Below, piece by piece: positions 12,935 through 25,207 of a stretch of DNA of 64,000 nucleotides (position 1 is its first letter; every line of letters starts with the position of its first letter). Source of the DNA: Guillardia theta CCMP2712 (taxonomy: Eukaryota; Protista; Cryptophyta); the NCBI RefSeq assembly GCF_000315625.1, contig NW_005434650.1, positions 745,439-809,438 of the forward strand. Reading direction: 5' to 3'. The notes beneath the pieces were generated by a model. The model was not told the origin of the DNA, did not search any database, and was given only the letters and a program-made list of their open reading frames with translations. Made by a program: the position numbers and the translations under genes.

Positions 12935-13874
12935 ATGGCTATAGAAGCTGCAGAATCAGGATGTTTGTCTGTAGATGGACACGTACCTCTCTCTGTGCTG
13001 CTTTCGCTTACAGGCGTTCTCTAGGGGGTGCGCCAGCTGCGAGCAAAACAACGAGCAAGAACACGCTTTCTATGAGCACAGCTCCCGTCAAGTCTGTCAG
13101 GGCGCTCGGAAAGGAGAATGAAGACCTTCACCAGCAAGTAAAGGAGCTGACGGAGACTATCAAGACGCTCACGGAGAGCAGGAATGCTCAGAAGCATTCA
13201 ACAGATGTACTTGCATATGCTAAGACGTCATTTTGATGCTGACAGCGATGGCAGAGACTCGTCAAGGCGAAGGAGTCGGAGATCGAGACCTTGAAGTCTG
13301 ACATGGAGACTTTGAGACTCGAAGAGCAGAAAAGGATCTTCGAGCTCGAGGAAGCGTTGAAGGCTGCACAGGAGGAAGCGAGCGAGAAGTCGCAGAAGAA
13401 CGACGAGTTTCAAGCTCGGCTTGCTCAGATGCTGAAGTCGAATGCGGATTACAAGAACTGCCTCGAGCACTATGGCGTCAACGCTGTTACTTTGAAAGAA
13501 TGGTCGCAGAGAGATAAGGAGAAGCGAAGAGACGTTGAGATGCTGGAAGATCAAATCATGAAGGCTCTGGAAGATCTCTCCCAGTCTAAGAACATCCTGC
13601 AACAAGATCTGCAGAGAGGAAAAGAAGTCTCCGAGCTGATTGCGCAAGTGAAAGAGGACATGAAGCAGGTCAAAGATTTCAAGACAGCAGGTGAAAACTT
13701 GAAGATTGTTTGCGGCGAGCCTTGATTCCTTGTGCCGTAGATGTTGACAGCAACAGTGATGAGGACAAAGAAGATGTCGACGAGCAGCTCTACGAGGATC
13801 CAAGAAGGCACGAAGGAAGGGAGGAGGAGAATGAGAGTGGAGACTCGAGCGGACAGCTGAAGGAGACTGAGGAA

Positions 13875-13938
<64 letters not shown>

Positions 13939-14633
13939 AGACGAACAAGGAACCATCTGAACAGTGCCTGCAAGAACCAGAGGAGGAGCGTGAGGAGTTC
14001 GTGGTGAAGGAGGCGGGAGCGGGCAATGAGGAGGCAGTGCTTGACGCAGCCAAGCCCGAAGACCAAACTGATGTTGTTGAACCTCAGCCACAGCAGGATG
14101 AGGAGGACAACCAGGTTCTGCCAGGAGAGGAGCAAGATGCCGAGGACCAGGACAAGGAGATTCCTGTAGAGGAAGCGACAGAGCTCAAGACTCCCGAGAT
14201 GGAAGTGGCTGCATTTGCAGAGGAGGATCTAAATGTCATCGATGCAGCGACTGACGAGGTTGGAGAGAAGGACGAGGCGACGGTAGAGGAAGAAGCAGGC
14301 GAGAGCTTGTCGGAGAAGACCTCATCGTCTTCAGTTGAGTCCTCTGCAGCTCCAGCAGAGGAGGTCGGCACGGAAGAGGCCGTGGAGGAGGCTCCCAAGG
14401 AGGAGGAAGACGTTTCCTGCGGTCAAAAGGATGTCCCTGACGAGTTGCAGGCTGAGGAGCATGCGGATGGTTTATCCATGGCTGCGCTCCTGAATCCAGA
14501 GGAGCCTGTGGATGAAGCAAGACTATCGCGGAGCAGCGACGACTTCATCGACTCGAGCCGATGGGTGCAGGAGGAGGAGGAGGAGGCGCTGGCGAACTCG
14601 AGGAGGGAGTCGTTTGACAGCGCCATCTGCTAG
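12935..14633 (+). CDS. Coiled-coil protein with long acidic tail and (EQ)n repeat, multi-exon
   Basis: ORFs 12961-13236, 13291-13725 and 13710-14633 can be linked by short introns. Heptad-rich N-half; (CAGGAG)n at ~13876-13937. Confidence 0.7.
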
Positions 14634-14689
14634 AGGAGGAGAGAGCTTGTAACTAAACGCTTGTGATCTAACTTAAAATTAGGCAGCTT

Positions 14690-15956
14690 TGCCTAGAGTA
14701 TCTACACACGAGTGCGGTAAAATGCAGACTTGACGTCCTGACCAGAAGGCGAGAGGGTCCTTGTCGCCGAGCGGCTGCATGCTGATGAGAAGAAGACCAG
14801 GGCGGGGGGGGGGGGGAGGGGGGAAGCAAGAACACCTGACTCAAGGCAGAGATTGCTGCCTTCAAGTCGAAGTTCAGGAGCTCGATAGTCGCTGCGCCAT
14901 GACAGTCATTGATGAAAGAGGATGAGGAAAGAACGTGAGAAAAGACAGGGACCCGAGGAGGAGGAGCAGGAGGAGAAAGGAGACCTCTTGTGGTGGCGAA
15001 CTGGACGTTGAGGTATCGGATGTTGTCGGTGGACCTGACCGTGTAGAGATGGCCGACGCTGATCGACGTTCCCGGCTGCACAATTGTCACGAGGGAGCCT
15101 TGCAGGGGATCGACCAACGATAAGGAGGCTGTCGGGAGAGACCAGGTCCGGGTTGAGGGCCCACATCTAGACGATCATCAGGAGGAGAAGAGAGAAACGA
15201 CAAGGAGAGGGGGGGAGGAGGAGAGGGCAGGATGAGAAATACCTGCACGAAGTTGCTGCCGAAGATAGTGGCGATTTCTGCAAGGGTCTGTCCTTGGTTA
15301 ACTGACCATGAGCATCTGTTGACGGCAACCTGGCATAGGAATAGTGATCAGCTTAAGAGCTCAATAGGGAAATCGACTCACTTGAACGCATGCTTCCGAG
15401 GAGACGTCGCTGATAGAGTTCACGGCTCGGAAGCAAATCGCCTGAAAAGCATGTGCAAGCAGCGAGGGATGAGGAAGACGGAAGCAGGGCATGGAAGGAG
15501 AGGAGGAGATGAAGGAAAGAGGAGGGAGGGAGGAAAAGAAGAAAGAGATCGTAAGGAGAAACGAGAGGCCCACAATTGCTCTGCACCTGCGACCAGCCTC
15601 CATAGTAGCTGGCGGGTGTCCACTTGAACAAGTAGGTGTTCTGCCCACAATCTCACCCACCCTCCACTCTCCCCCTCCTCCCCTGCGCCGTCCCCCAACA
15701 CCGTCACTCGCTCTAGCCTTACTTGAGAATCTCCTAGAATGGGGGCTAGCGAAGCTCCAATTGGGAGGACAACCTACAAATGGTTGAGCTCAACAGGGAG
15801 AAAGTCTCCTCCTCTTACTGGCGCCGTTATAATGACTGGGTCAAGCACGTTCTCATTTACAGCTCTGATATTGATCTGAGGAACAGTTAGAGGATGAGGA
15901 TTAGAATAAGGAAAGGAGGAGAACGAGGAAAAGATGAGGAGTGGGATGAAGAAGTC

Positions 15957-16021
<65 letters not shown>

Positions 16022-16024
16022 GGC

Positions 16025-16057
<33 letters not shown>

Positions 16058-16075
16058 GGCTGATGATGATGAGGC

Positions 16076-16111
<36 letters not shown>

Positions 16112-18214
16112 GGAGGAGGAGGAGGAGATGCTCATGATGAAATGGTGGTGGTTGGGGAGATCACCTCTAAATTAAAATTCATGTCGATGACCTGAGAGGA
16201 TTCATTACTTACCCGCACTCTCGAGGTATAACATGACTACAGACTCACATAAGACGCGTTCGACATTGCTGGCAGAACGAACGAGGGAGGAGCGTTGGGC
16301 TTGATGTTGATCTGACCAACGGAGTAAGTCATGAGCAAGAAACCGGCCGGACCAGTACATGGAAGCAAGTTGGGAGTGTTCTGATGTGGTTGGGGCAGGT
16401 TGGTATGCAACTGAAAAGCTCGTCACGTCAACGTTGGAGGTGTAGACTCCAGCTCACGGAGACACGGGGGGGTTGCACGTGCAAACACCTGCAGTCGTCT
16501 CACGGGGCGTAAAGGAGGAAGAGGGAGCATACTGCTTGGGTCCATGTTCAATGCGACGCCGCAGATGTAGTAATCGCCAGCCCTCCCCTTCAAGGGCGTC
16601 CATGTGATCTGGGGAATGACGTCACAGCTCATGGAGCTGAGGCTACGAAGAGCTTACCGTCCTGTAGGCCGGGTTGCTTCCAATCTTCGCATCTGCCGTG
16701 GCTCCTGCAAAGGAGGTCAGATTCCCTCCACAGTGTCTCAGTCAGACCCAGTGGCAGAGTGTTGAACTCAAAGTAGAGAATCTTGGTGAAGTCCGGGTCC
16801 TTAGCAAGAGTCATTCACCATCGGATGCTCAGGTGGCAGACTGACAGTCGCTGAGAAGGTCAGCTTCAGTGGGAACTCCTCGAAGCCGACGATGGCAGGC
16901 ATCAGTGTCTGGTTTGAAAACGCTTCTCCCTGCTGAATCTTCACGCTTGCGTTAAGCCAACCCTTCATGCCTCACCTGCATCGGAGTATTGGGCGGCCCA
17001 TTCAACAGGATCGTAGGCCCAACTTGCGTGTTCCTTTGCACGTGTACTGAAGTTCAACCACTTGTCAAATAGTTGAAACCTGGAGAGTTCACTCGCACCG
17101 ATGACGTCGACAGTGCAAAAGGAATTCGATTGTGTGTCTTGAACAACAAACACAACCTGTCCAGCAGCGCTTCAGCACAAGAATATTGCTCTGTTGAAAG
17201 CGAGTCAACCTCGACGTCATCCGTGCAGGTGGTTTTGAAACAGGACACATCGAAACTGACCATCCCTGCATTGCAACTCAGCGTTGAGCGTTCTATGTAC
17301 GGGAATCGTCTCACCGGTCATGGCATCGACTTGCACGATCGTCGTGTTTGGCGCCACATTCTAACAGCAGCTTAAGGTGGAGAATAGAAAAAAAGAGCTT
17401 GAAGCTTACGTAGAGCGCATTGTAGTAGGAAGCAGGCATCATGGACCAGGATAACGAATCGTGCTCTGCAAAGCCTCTCGCACTTGCCGCTGGGATCTGC
17501 AAGTTCAGGATGAGAAAGGGAATTTATCCAATACGAGTTTGACCAGAAATTGCTGCACAGTTGGTTCGCTCAATCTCACAGAAACCAGAGGCATCATGCG
17601 CACGTACGGAGAGCCGATCATGTCAGCGCTGCTCAGGTCGACCCTGCAGCAACATCAGCCTCTCTCGCCGCGAGGCTCAGCAGCCACGTTACGCACTTTG
17701 TGGTGAGCAGAACCCCTTTGTTCGCATTCTGATTGCCCGCGACTCGACAACACAATGTCAAGTTGGCCAGCCAGGGTCCTCCGGGTCCGTACTCCCAGTC
17801 AATGTTAGTCACTCCCACCACCATGTCCTGAATGGGATCGACACGAAGAACTTCGACATCGAACTTCGCGGTCATGTTCCCATCGCCAAAGGAAAGGATC
17901 GGATCTTGCCCGTCAACTCCGGTGATCTTCATGATTTCTCCAGCCGTTGAAGGTTTGTTCTGCGTTCCGAACACGACTATCGACCCGTGGGACAGTCGCC
18001 ATGCACTGCAGAAGCAGAACTCAGAAACCTCAACGTCAACAACTCTACATCACCTCTCCACGGTGAATGTCACCATCCTTGAGGACGAGTTTGTCGGGAA
18101 CTTTCGTTTCCAGCTGATGGCACCATACCTCCACCTTCCAGATTCTTGTGCAGATGCAGCAACGGCCAAGAGGAGGATAGATATGATGCCATGAGACAAG
18201 TTGCTCGAAGTCAT
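14690..18214 (-). CDS. Secreted protein with C-terminal tandem LysM domains, multi-exon
   Basis: Signal peptide MTSSNLSHGIISILLLAVAASAQ, then RWRYGAISWK. LysM-like exons VNQGQTLAEIATIFG/MWALNPDL and GHLYTVRSTDNIRYLNVQFATT/TIELLNFDL. Confidence 0.7.
15958..16127. repeat. (GAT)n/(GAG)n trinucleotide tract, probably intronic
   Basis: Directly visible. Confidence 0.9.
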
Positions 18215-19554
18215 GATGTTGAATCAGAGCCTCAGGAGCGCAAAGACATCATGTTCACAGCACACATGCTCCTAGACAAACTTCCACCATGCCTGGGCTG
18301 CGGAAGAGAATGATCAGATCAACACAATACAGAATCACAATTAGCTGCTTAGTGCTATCAAAAAGAGCTTCTCATACACAGAGCGCTAGCAGGATAATTC
18401 TTTGTGAGTGCGGGAAACGGTGTGTTTGTCATCCTCCAACAATCTGTGACTGCTTGAAATAATACAACACAAACAAATGTAACGAAAAGATAGGAATGCT
18501 CTCGATCGTTCAGCGCAGGACACGTCAAAAAGCATTTCAGAGAAGACAGTTGCGCATTTCCACCACATGGACAGGTAGGAGAAAGCTGCTGAGTTCTTAG
18601 TGAGATATCCAATGAATTTGCAACAGGAATCTGAATTGAAGTTCAGGGTTCAGAACAGTTTGGATCAGAGAATGAAGCAAGAGGATCAGCTCATGGAGAA
18701 GTTGAAATGCATAACTTGAGGAGAAGGATGGCTGCCGCAGGCGATGATAGGTTGGAAATGACTGGAGGAGATCACGGCAATGAGGTGAGTGTAGTTGTGA
18801 TGGTAGCAATAGGAAGTTGAGCAGGAGAGGAGGAGCAGAGGAAGAGGAGGAGAGGAAGAGGAGCAGAGGAAGAGGAGCAGATGAAGAAGAGCAGAGGAAG
18901 AGGAGAAGAGGAAGAAGAGCAGAGGAAGAGGAGAAGAGGAAGAGGAGCTCGTGACTGGGTCACTCGGGCGGCATATTTTCTGCATTGCTTCTTCTTCTCA
19001 AAGGCCATCAATACAACAGTTATCTCCGTTACTTCATGGTTACAACCGCTACCAACCGTTACATAGCTTTACAGATAAAAAAGATTCTTTTTGTGAGGAT
19101 TTTTCACTATTTTGGTAAAAGGATTTTTGGTTGGCGATGATGATGCGATTCAGGAAGAGGGAGGGGAGGGGAGAAGAGAGGAAAGAAGAGAGGGGAGCAG
19201 AGAGGGGAGCAGAGAGGGGAGAGGAGAGGAGAGAGGAGAGAGAGGGAAGAAGAGAAGAGAGAGAAGGGGAGAGAAGGGGAGAGAGGGAAGGGGAGGAGAC
19301 AAGGGGAGGGGAGGATCAGAAGGAAGTGGAATACTAGGATTCACATTTCGTGTCATATGTCTGTGAACAAGGAGAAGAGAACCTATGGGAAGGATATCTG
19401 AAGGCGAAGTGTGAATGAGAGTAAGTGAGCGAGCGAGGGACAACGTTGCTGGAGGACGGTACTAGTGAGAATAATATTGCTCTGCAAGCATTGCAGGATT
19501 TCTCGATTGACAGACAGACTGAGTTGACTTCAGGTTCATGAGGCGGATAAAGTG

Positions 19555-22460
19555 ATGGAGGAGTTTTCAACTTCCGAATTCCAATCGCGGTGATGACTGG
19601 TCTTGGTCAGTTGAAGATCCGTGACTCACTTTCTAGGTTCCAAGCTTATGGAAGCGTCTCTACTTCCCCCGGAGGCCGAAAGCGTTTCTCAAGGGTCCAC
19701 GTCATCGCGATTGGTGGCGCTGTTGTGGTCGCGATCGCCGTGGCTTCCTTCTTTGTGCCCTCAGGCTCAGGGAAGCAGAGCAGCTCGAAGAATGAGATGC
19801 TGAAGCTGAAAGCTAAGGACAAGATTCATTCGCGTCACATCAAGTCAAGCCTAACCGATACAGGTTTCCTCTCTCAGCAGGACCGAGATTTCTTTCCGCA
19901 GGACGTTATAGACTCCCTGGACACCAGCGTCGACCCCTGCACAGACTTCTACGAGTTTGCCTGCGGCAATTGGATCAACAATGCGACTATCCCCAGCTAT
20001 CAGCCAGCATGGGCGAAGCAGTGGGATGGAGTCACCAAGCATGTCGAGGCCATGACCGTTGACTTGCTCAAGAAGGACGCAGGAGTGTCGGGCAAATTCT
20101 TCAGATCCTGCATGGACACAGAGACGATCCAGAAGCTGGGGGCTACACCGCTGGAGCCCTGGCTCAAGATCGTCGATGGCATCGTCGACAACTCGACCCT
20201 CCATAACGCGCTGATCAAGTTTGCCGTGTCGGATCTGAACTTGTTCTGGAGCTGGTGGATTGACTCTGACAGTGAGGATTCCAGCATCAACAGTTTCTTC
20301 CTCGCGCAGGGAGGCATCACAATGCCGGATCGCGACTACTACCTCAAGCAGAGTGAGGGGATGCAGAAGCACCGCAAAGTTTACCTCGACCTCGCCGTCA
20401 CCCTGTTTGGGCTTGCAGGCAGCTCAGAGGCTCGAGCGAGGGAGCTGGCTACGGACATGATGGATGTAGAGACTGCATTGGCTGCTGCGATGACTCCAAG
20501 AGACCTTGAGAGGAACGAGCATGGGAAGCGATACACGGTGGAGGAGCTGTGTGGTATCGCTCCTGGCATCGACTGGGCGGGCTGGTTTGACGGCATCGGG
20601 GTGAAGGGGGTTGGCAGCATGCCTGTTGGATACTTGGTGGTCAAGAACGAGAAATTCCTCTCGGCGCTTTCAGGAATCATGATGAACATGGGGTTGAAGA
20701 AGCTCAAGAGCTACATGAGGTGGCAGCTTGTTTACAGCTACTCTCCCTTTTTGAGCATTGAATTCGAAAACGCTCTCCTCAAGTACAATCAAGACCTTTA
20801 CGGCATTTCTGTGCTCCCACCGCGCCACAAAAAGTGCTTCTTCAGCACGAATGGTGACCCAAGTCCGTCCACCAGTTGGGAATGACTTTAGTTTTGTTTC
20901 GCAGGAGCGATGGACATGCATGTGAGCAAGCTCTTTGTGGAAACATACTTCCCCGAGCAAGCTCGAGATAATGCCCTTGAGATGCTGCACGAGATTCGCG
21001 ATCGCTTCAATGCCAGCTTGTCAAGAAAAGATTGGATGGATCCCATCACCCGGCAGAAGGTCGAGTCAAACACGAATCATTCTCGAGTTGTGAACCTCAT
21101 GCCAACAGGCGATGGTGAAACTGCAGCAAATGTTCATGGAAGTTGGTCACCCTACAGTCTGGCCCGCCTCGACATATGAGACTTTCAATGTAAAATCTTT
21201 ATGTTGAGATGATGATGTTGCTGGATCGCTCTTTAAAGTTTCAAATCCGCAGGAATTTGGAGGGATCAGAGAGGACACCTACTTTGACAATTGTGTCACG
21301 ACCAACTCTTGGGATGTGAAGAACACCCTGAAGAGACTTGGAAAGAAGGTTCGGAGCGAACTCTCAATCTTGGTGTAAGGAATCAACAGGTTGACAAGAA
21401 GCGATGGGGGAGTTCTTCAGCCACAGACGTCAACTCCTACTACAACCGCAAGGTGTTGCAACTTCGACGGACTGTGGGGTTGAGATGGTAAGAGATGTGT
21501 TGGTTTCAGGTCAACGGCATCTTCATCCCTGCCGGGATCCTCCAGCCGCCCTTCTATGACCCGAAGCAGCTGGTAGCGCGAAACTACGGCAGTGTTGGAG
21601 CCATCTGCGGGCACGAGATGACCCATGGGTTCGATGACGTGGGACGAGAGGTGAAAGATGGAAGTGAGCTCGAGGGCAGCTGGGCATTGACCTGCTGATA
21701 GTATGACGGCAATGGGAACCGCAATGGGTGGTGGACGCCTGACGTGGTCAAGGCGTTCAAGGAGAGAGCAAAGTGTATCGAAGTGTTGTTCTCCTCCTAC
21801 GAGATTTACGGGGAGCATGTCAACGGCAAGCTCACGCTGGGAGAGTCCATTGCCGACAGGTTCTGCTGCCTCCTGCTTGGCTGCTCTTGTAACGCTCAGC
21901 CTCACCAGCGGAGGGCTGAAGTTCGCCTGGGAGGCCTTCTTGTTCAAGTACAACGTGAGAGGCGACGACGGTGACTGTGACTCGCACTGAACGACCTGCA
22001 GCCCGACGAGAGCATGAAGCGATTGTTCTTCGTCGCCATGGGTCAGGTGCAGCAGCTCTTAAGCGAGGAGACGGTTGGAGGAGTGACGGACTTGCAGACA
22101 TGGTGCGAGAAAACTCGAGTTGCAAGCGCCAAGAACTCGCTACTCACGGACGAGGTTAGTGCAGCTACTCCCGTCCTCTCCCTCCTTCCCTCCTCCTTCC
22201 CTTGACTCTTCAGCCTGACCTTTTCCGGGCAGCATCCTCCGAACAAGTACCGCGTGATTGGGACTCTCAGCCAGTTCGATCCCTTCTCGGAGTCTTTCGG
22301 GTAAGAGGGGGAGCGGCAACGACGGGGAGGCAGGGGAGCAAAGGAGAGCAGGAGGAGTGAGCGTGTGAGGGAGGAGGATCGAACTTGGGGTGTTGAGACG
22401 TGTGGCAGATGCCCCGCAGGCTCGGCGATGAATCCGATCGCTAAGTGTCACTTGTGGTGA
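19555..22460 (+). CDS. Peptidase family M13 (neprilysin/ECE-like), type II membrane anchored, multi-exon
   Basis: TM segment VIAIGGAVVVAIAVASFF; LDTSVDPCTDFYEFACGNW; VNSYY; IFIPAGILQPPFY; GHEMTHGFDD (HExxH); TLGESIAD; HPPNKYRVIG; KCHLW*. Confidence 0.92.
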
Positions 22461-22633
22461 TATGGTTTGAAATCAGATTCTTCTGTGTATATAGCTTCTA
22501 ATTTGTGAGCCTGTGATGTGCGCTGGTCCGTCCTCCTCTGTCTGTTATTCTTTCTCGTCTTGCTGTGCCAAGGCACTTTGTGCTGAACAAGATGAAGTAT
22601 TAAAGTATCTCCGCCTTCCGGCGCTCTTGGCCC

Positions 22634-24072
22634 TTACGCACCCAGGTCTCGTTGAGCAGTCGAGCTGGACGTACCTGACTTTTTCATCCATTTGCCGAGG
22701 TCCCAAGAATCCGGCGGAGCAACGCTGTCGCTGTAGTGGGCCATCCTCTTGTTGAACTCTTCCTCGTAGTACTTGAGCATCTTCTCGCACTGATCGATGC
22801 CATGGTCTGAGACGAGGAACCCGTTGTTGATGTTGAACTCCAGGAAGACAGGCCCCTCTTCGCGCACCATCACGTCCCACCCCACGTTAGCCAGCTCCTT
22901 CCCCAGCTCCCCGTGCATGCTCATTGCAAGCTCGTAGGCGCGGAGGAGGGCAGCAGTGTACGTGGACGCGTCGATCCACGTCCTGTTCCTCGCATCGTAG
23001 AAGCCGTAGCACGCGGGGTCTTGGGGGTCTTCGTCGTAATCCTCATGGTTGCCGATGAAGGGCTTGGGCCCTCCCTTGAGGAGAACAGCATGTCCTCCGA
23101 TAATGTCCGTCTGCACGCGCTGATCCTCCAGCTTGTTGAAGGTGCGCCAGCAGTAGCCGAAGGAGGGCGCCGGCGCTTCGAACCGCCACAGTGTGGAAAT
23201 GCGGAACCATTCCGCACGAGGATGGAAGGAAGGGAGAACCTGCAGAGAGGAAGACAGTCAGGAGAGACAGCAAGCAGACTACTTCTGTGCACCTGCTCCA
23301 CGAGCATGTAGCATGCTTTCCTGTAAGGAGGAACAAGTTGCTCAATGTCATGGCACTGAACGATTCCCAACCCCATGGTTGCGTAGACAGGCTTCCAGAT
23401 CCACTTCATCTCATCTTGTCCCTCGATCTTCTTCGCTCGGTACTCTACTTCTCCATTTCTCATAACCAGCATGATCCGAGCAGTCGGAGCTTCATGGCGA
23501 GCAAAGAGCCGATCCTGCCAAAGCTTGTCGTGGAACATGTCATGGAACTTGTCGTACATGACGCTGGGATAGGAGAGCGACTCTGCTGCACTATAGATGG
23601 CAAGACCAGCACCGTTTCCAAAGCCCTCACCTTCGATGGCAAGAGGATGCCGAACGTAGAACCACCAGAGCCTCCATCCCCTCTGACCCGATCGGTCCAT
23701 CCCATGTCCTCCCCTTGCAAACTGCCTCGCTGGAATCATCCAGGTCGGGAAGAAGGCGTGGACGAGCCCAACAACGGGACCCATAAACTGAAGGAAGGTA
23801 GCTCCTGAGAGCACGAGGAAGCGCGTGATGAGCGGAGGATAGCTCGTGTCCATGGAGTGCTGGACGAAGGGAGTGCCTCCTGGGAAAACATTGAGCGTGA
23901 ATGTGATCATGGCATTCCGCAGCGACGAGCGCAGACGATCGTTGGCGGTGGCAAGACGGATGAAGAGCTTGCGGTCGAAGGGCGACATCACCGCCCATTC
24001 TATCGCCACCACTCCCAGCATGCCGACGGCTCCTATTGCCAAAATACCCAGGCCGCCATCCCACGCCATCAT
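22634..24072 (-). CDS. ATP-grasp fold protein (sugar-transfer-associated ATP-grasp-like) with N-terminal hydrophobic segment
   Basis: DKLWQDRLFARHEAPT, WIWKPVYATMGLGI and VGWDVMVREEGPVFLEFNINNG are typical ATP-grasp motifs. One intron at ~23240-23290. Confidence 0.7.
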
Positions 24073-25207
24073 TCCGTTACTCTCAAATGTAACGGTACAA
24101 ACAGCCGTTACTAACCGTTATGAAATCTTTCCCCGGGGCCCGAGTCCGGCGGTCCGTCCACTGAGCCCGGCCGCTGAGTGCCACGGTGGTCTCACTGGCA
24201 GAGTCAGGGGAGGCCACCGTGACTCAGTGACGCCGGTGGGCCGTGCCCGCCGCCGACTCGCCGCCTCGCGGCGTTCGGTCCGTTCGACGGTGGTCCTCTA
24301 GTCTCCGAGGAGGCTGCGGCGCCGCGCGGCCGCTGCTCTCGGTGACTCGGGGCCTGCCGCATGATCGGACTCAGCGATCATCCGATCGAATTGTCCTCGT
24401 ACTGATTTTTTAACTTAACTTTGAGTAAAGGAACTCCGAGGCAGACTTGATAGGGTTTTTGATACCACCCCTGTGTACTCAAACAGTACCCCTTCATCTG
24501 ACTGATTTTATCTTTCCGAGGGTGGGGGTGAACTTGAGCCCCACCCTTCGGCAACCAGCTCAGCTCACTGCACCGGCTGGCATGGCGGAGTCGAAGAGGG
24601 GGAAAGCAGCGAGGCGAGGAGAGCAAGAGGAGAGGAGAGAGAAGGAGGAAAGAGAGGGAGAAAGACACGAATGGAGAGAGGAGGACAGCAGCAGATTGAG
24701 AAGGTTTATGCTGCACAAGAAGCAGGCGAAGAGCAAAAGTTAGACGAGCAAATCCACATGAGTGTGGCAGCGAACAATTCGTTGGGTCGTCACACTAGCA
24801 TGGATTTTAGATGGTGTGTGTAAAATGCATTTTAGTTGAAGGGAGAAGGAGGAAAGGGCATTGTACTTGAAGCCATTATTATGAGAGTGGCAGACGTTTC
24901 AGAGTGAGAGATAAGAGTGTGTTGAGGCAACCATGAGGCGCACAAAAGTTCAATTTTGAGGAGGAGAAAGAAAGATGGAACAACTCAACGATGCCAAGTA
25001 GAGAGTATCTTTACAATAGAGAGAAGTTAATTCGTCTTCGACCATCCAAATGTAGTTTCCGCATGTTCTGGCCTTCTGTGACTTCGCTCCCATTGTATTC
25101 ATCAAAACAGTGTAACAAAGAGTCTTTGCCAACTTCGTGTTGTCCCTCCGGAGAGCTGATTCTCATGGGTTCATACAGGATCAAATCCGTTTGTGTCATC
25201 CCGCAAT

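Noticed and set aside
15820-15830. GGCGCCGTTAT identical to the element 5' end
   Set aside because: It is an 11-bp match inside another gene with no further similarity, compatible with chance.
18358-19011. Possible small minus-strand gene starting MAFEKKKQC
   Set aside because: It has a promoter-like motif upstream but no convincing exon chain or domain, so it may be an upstream or UTR exon of the LysM gene.
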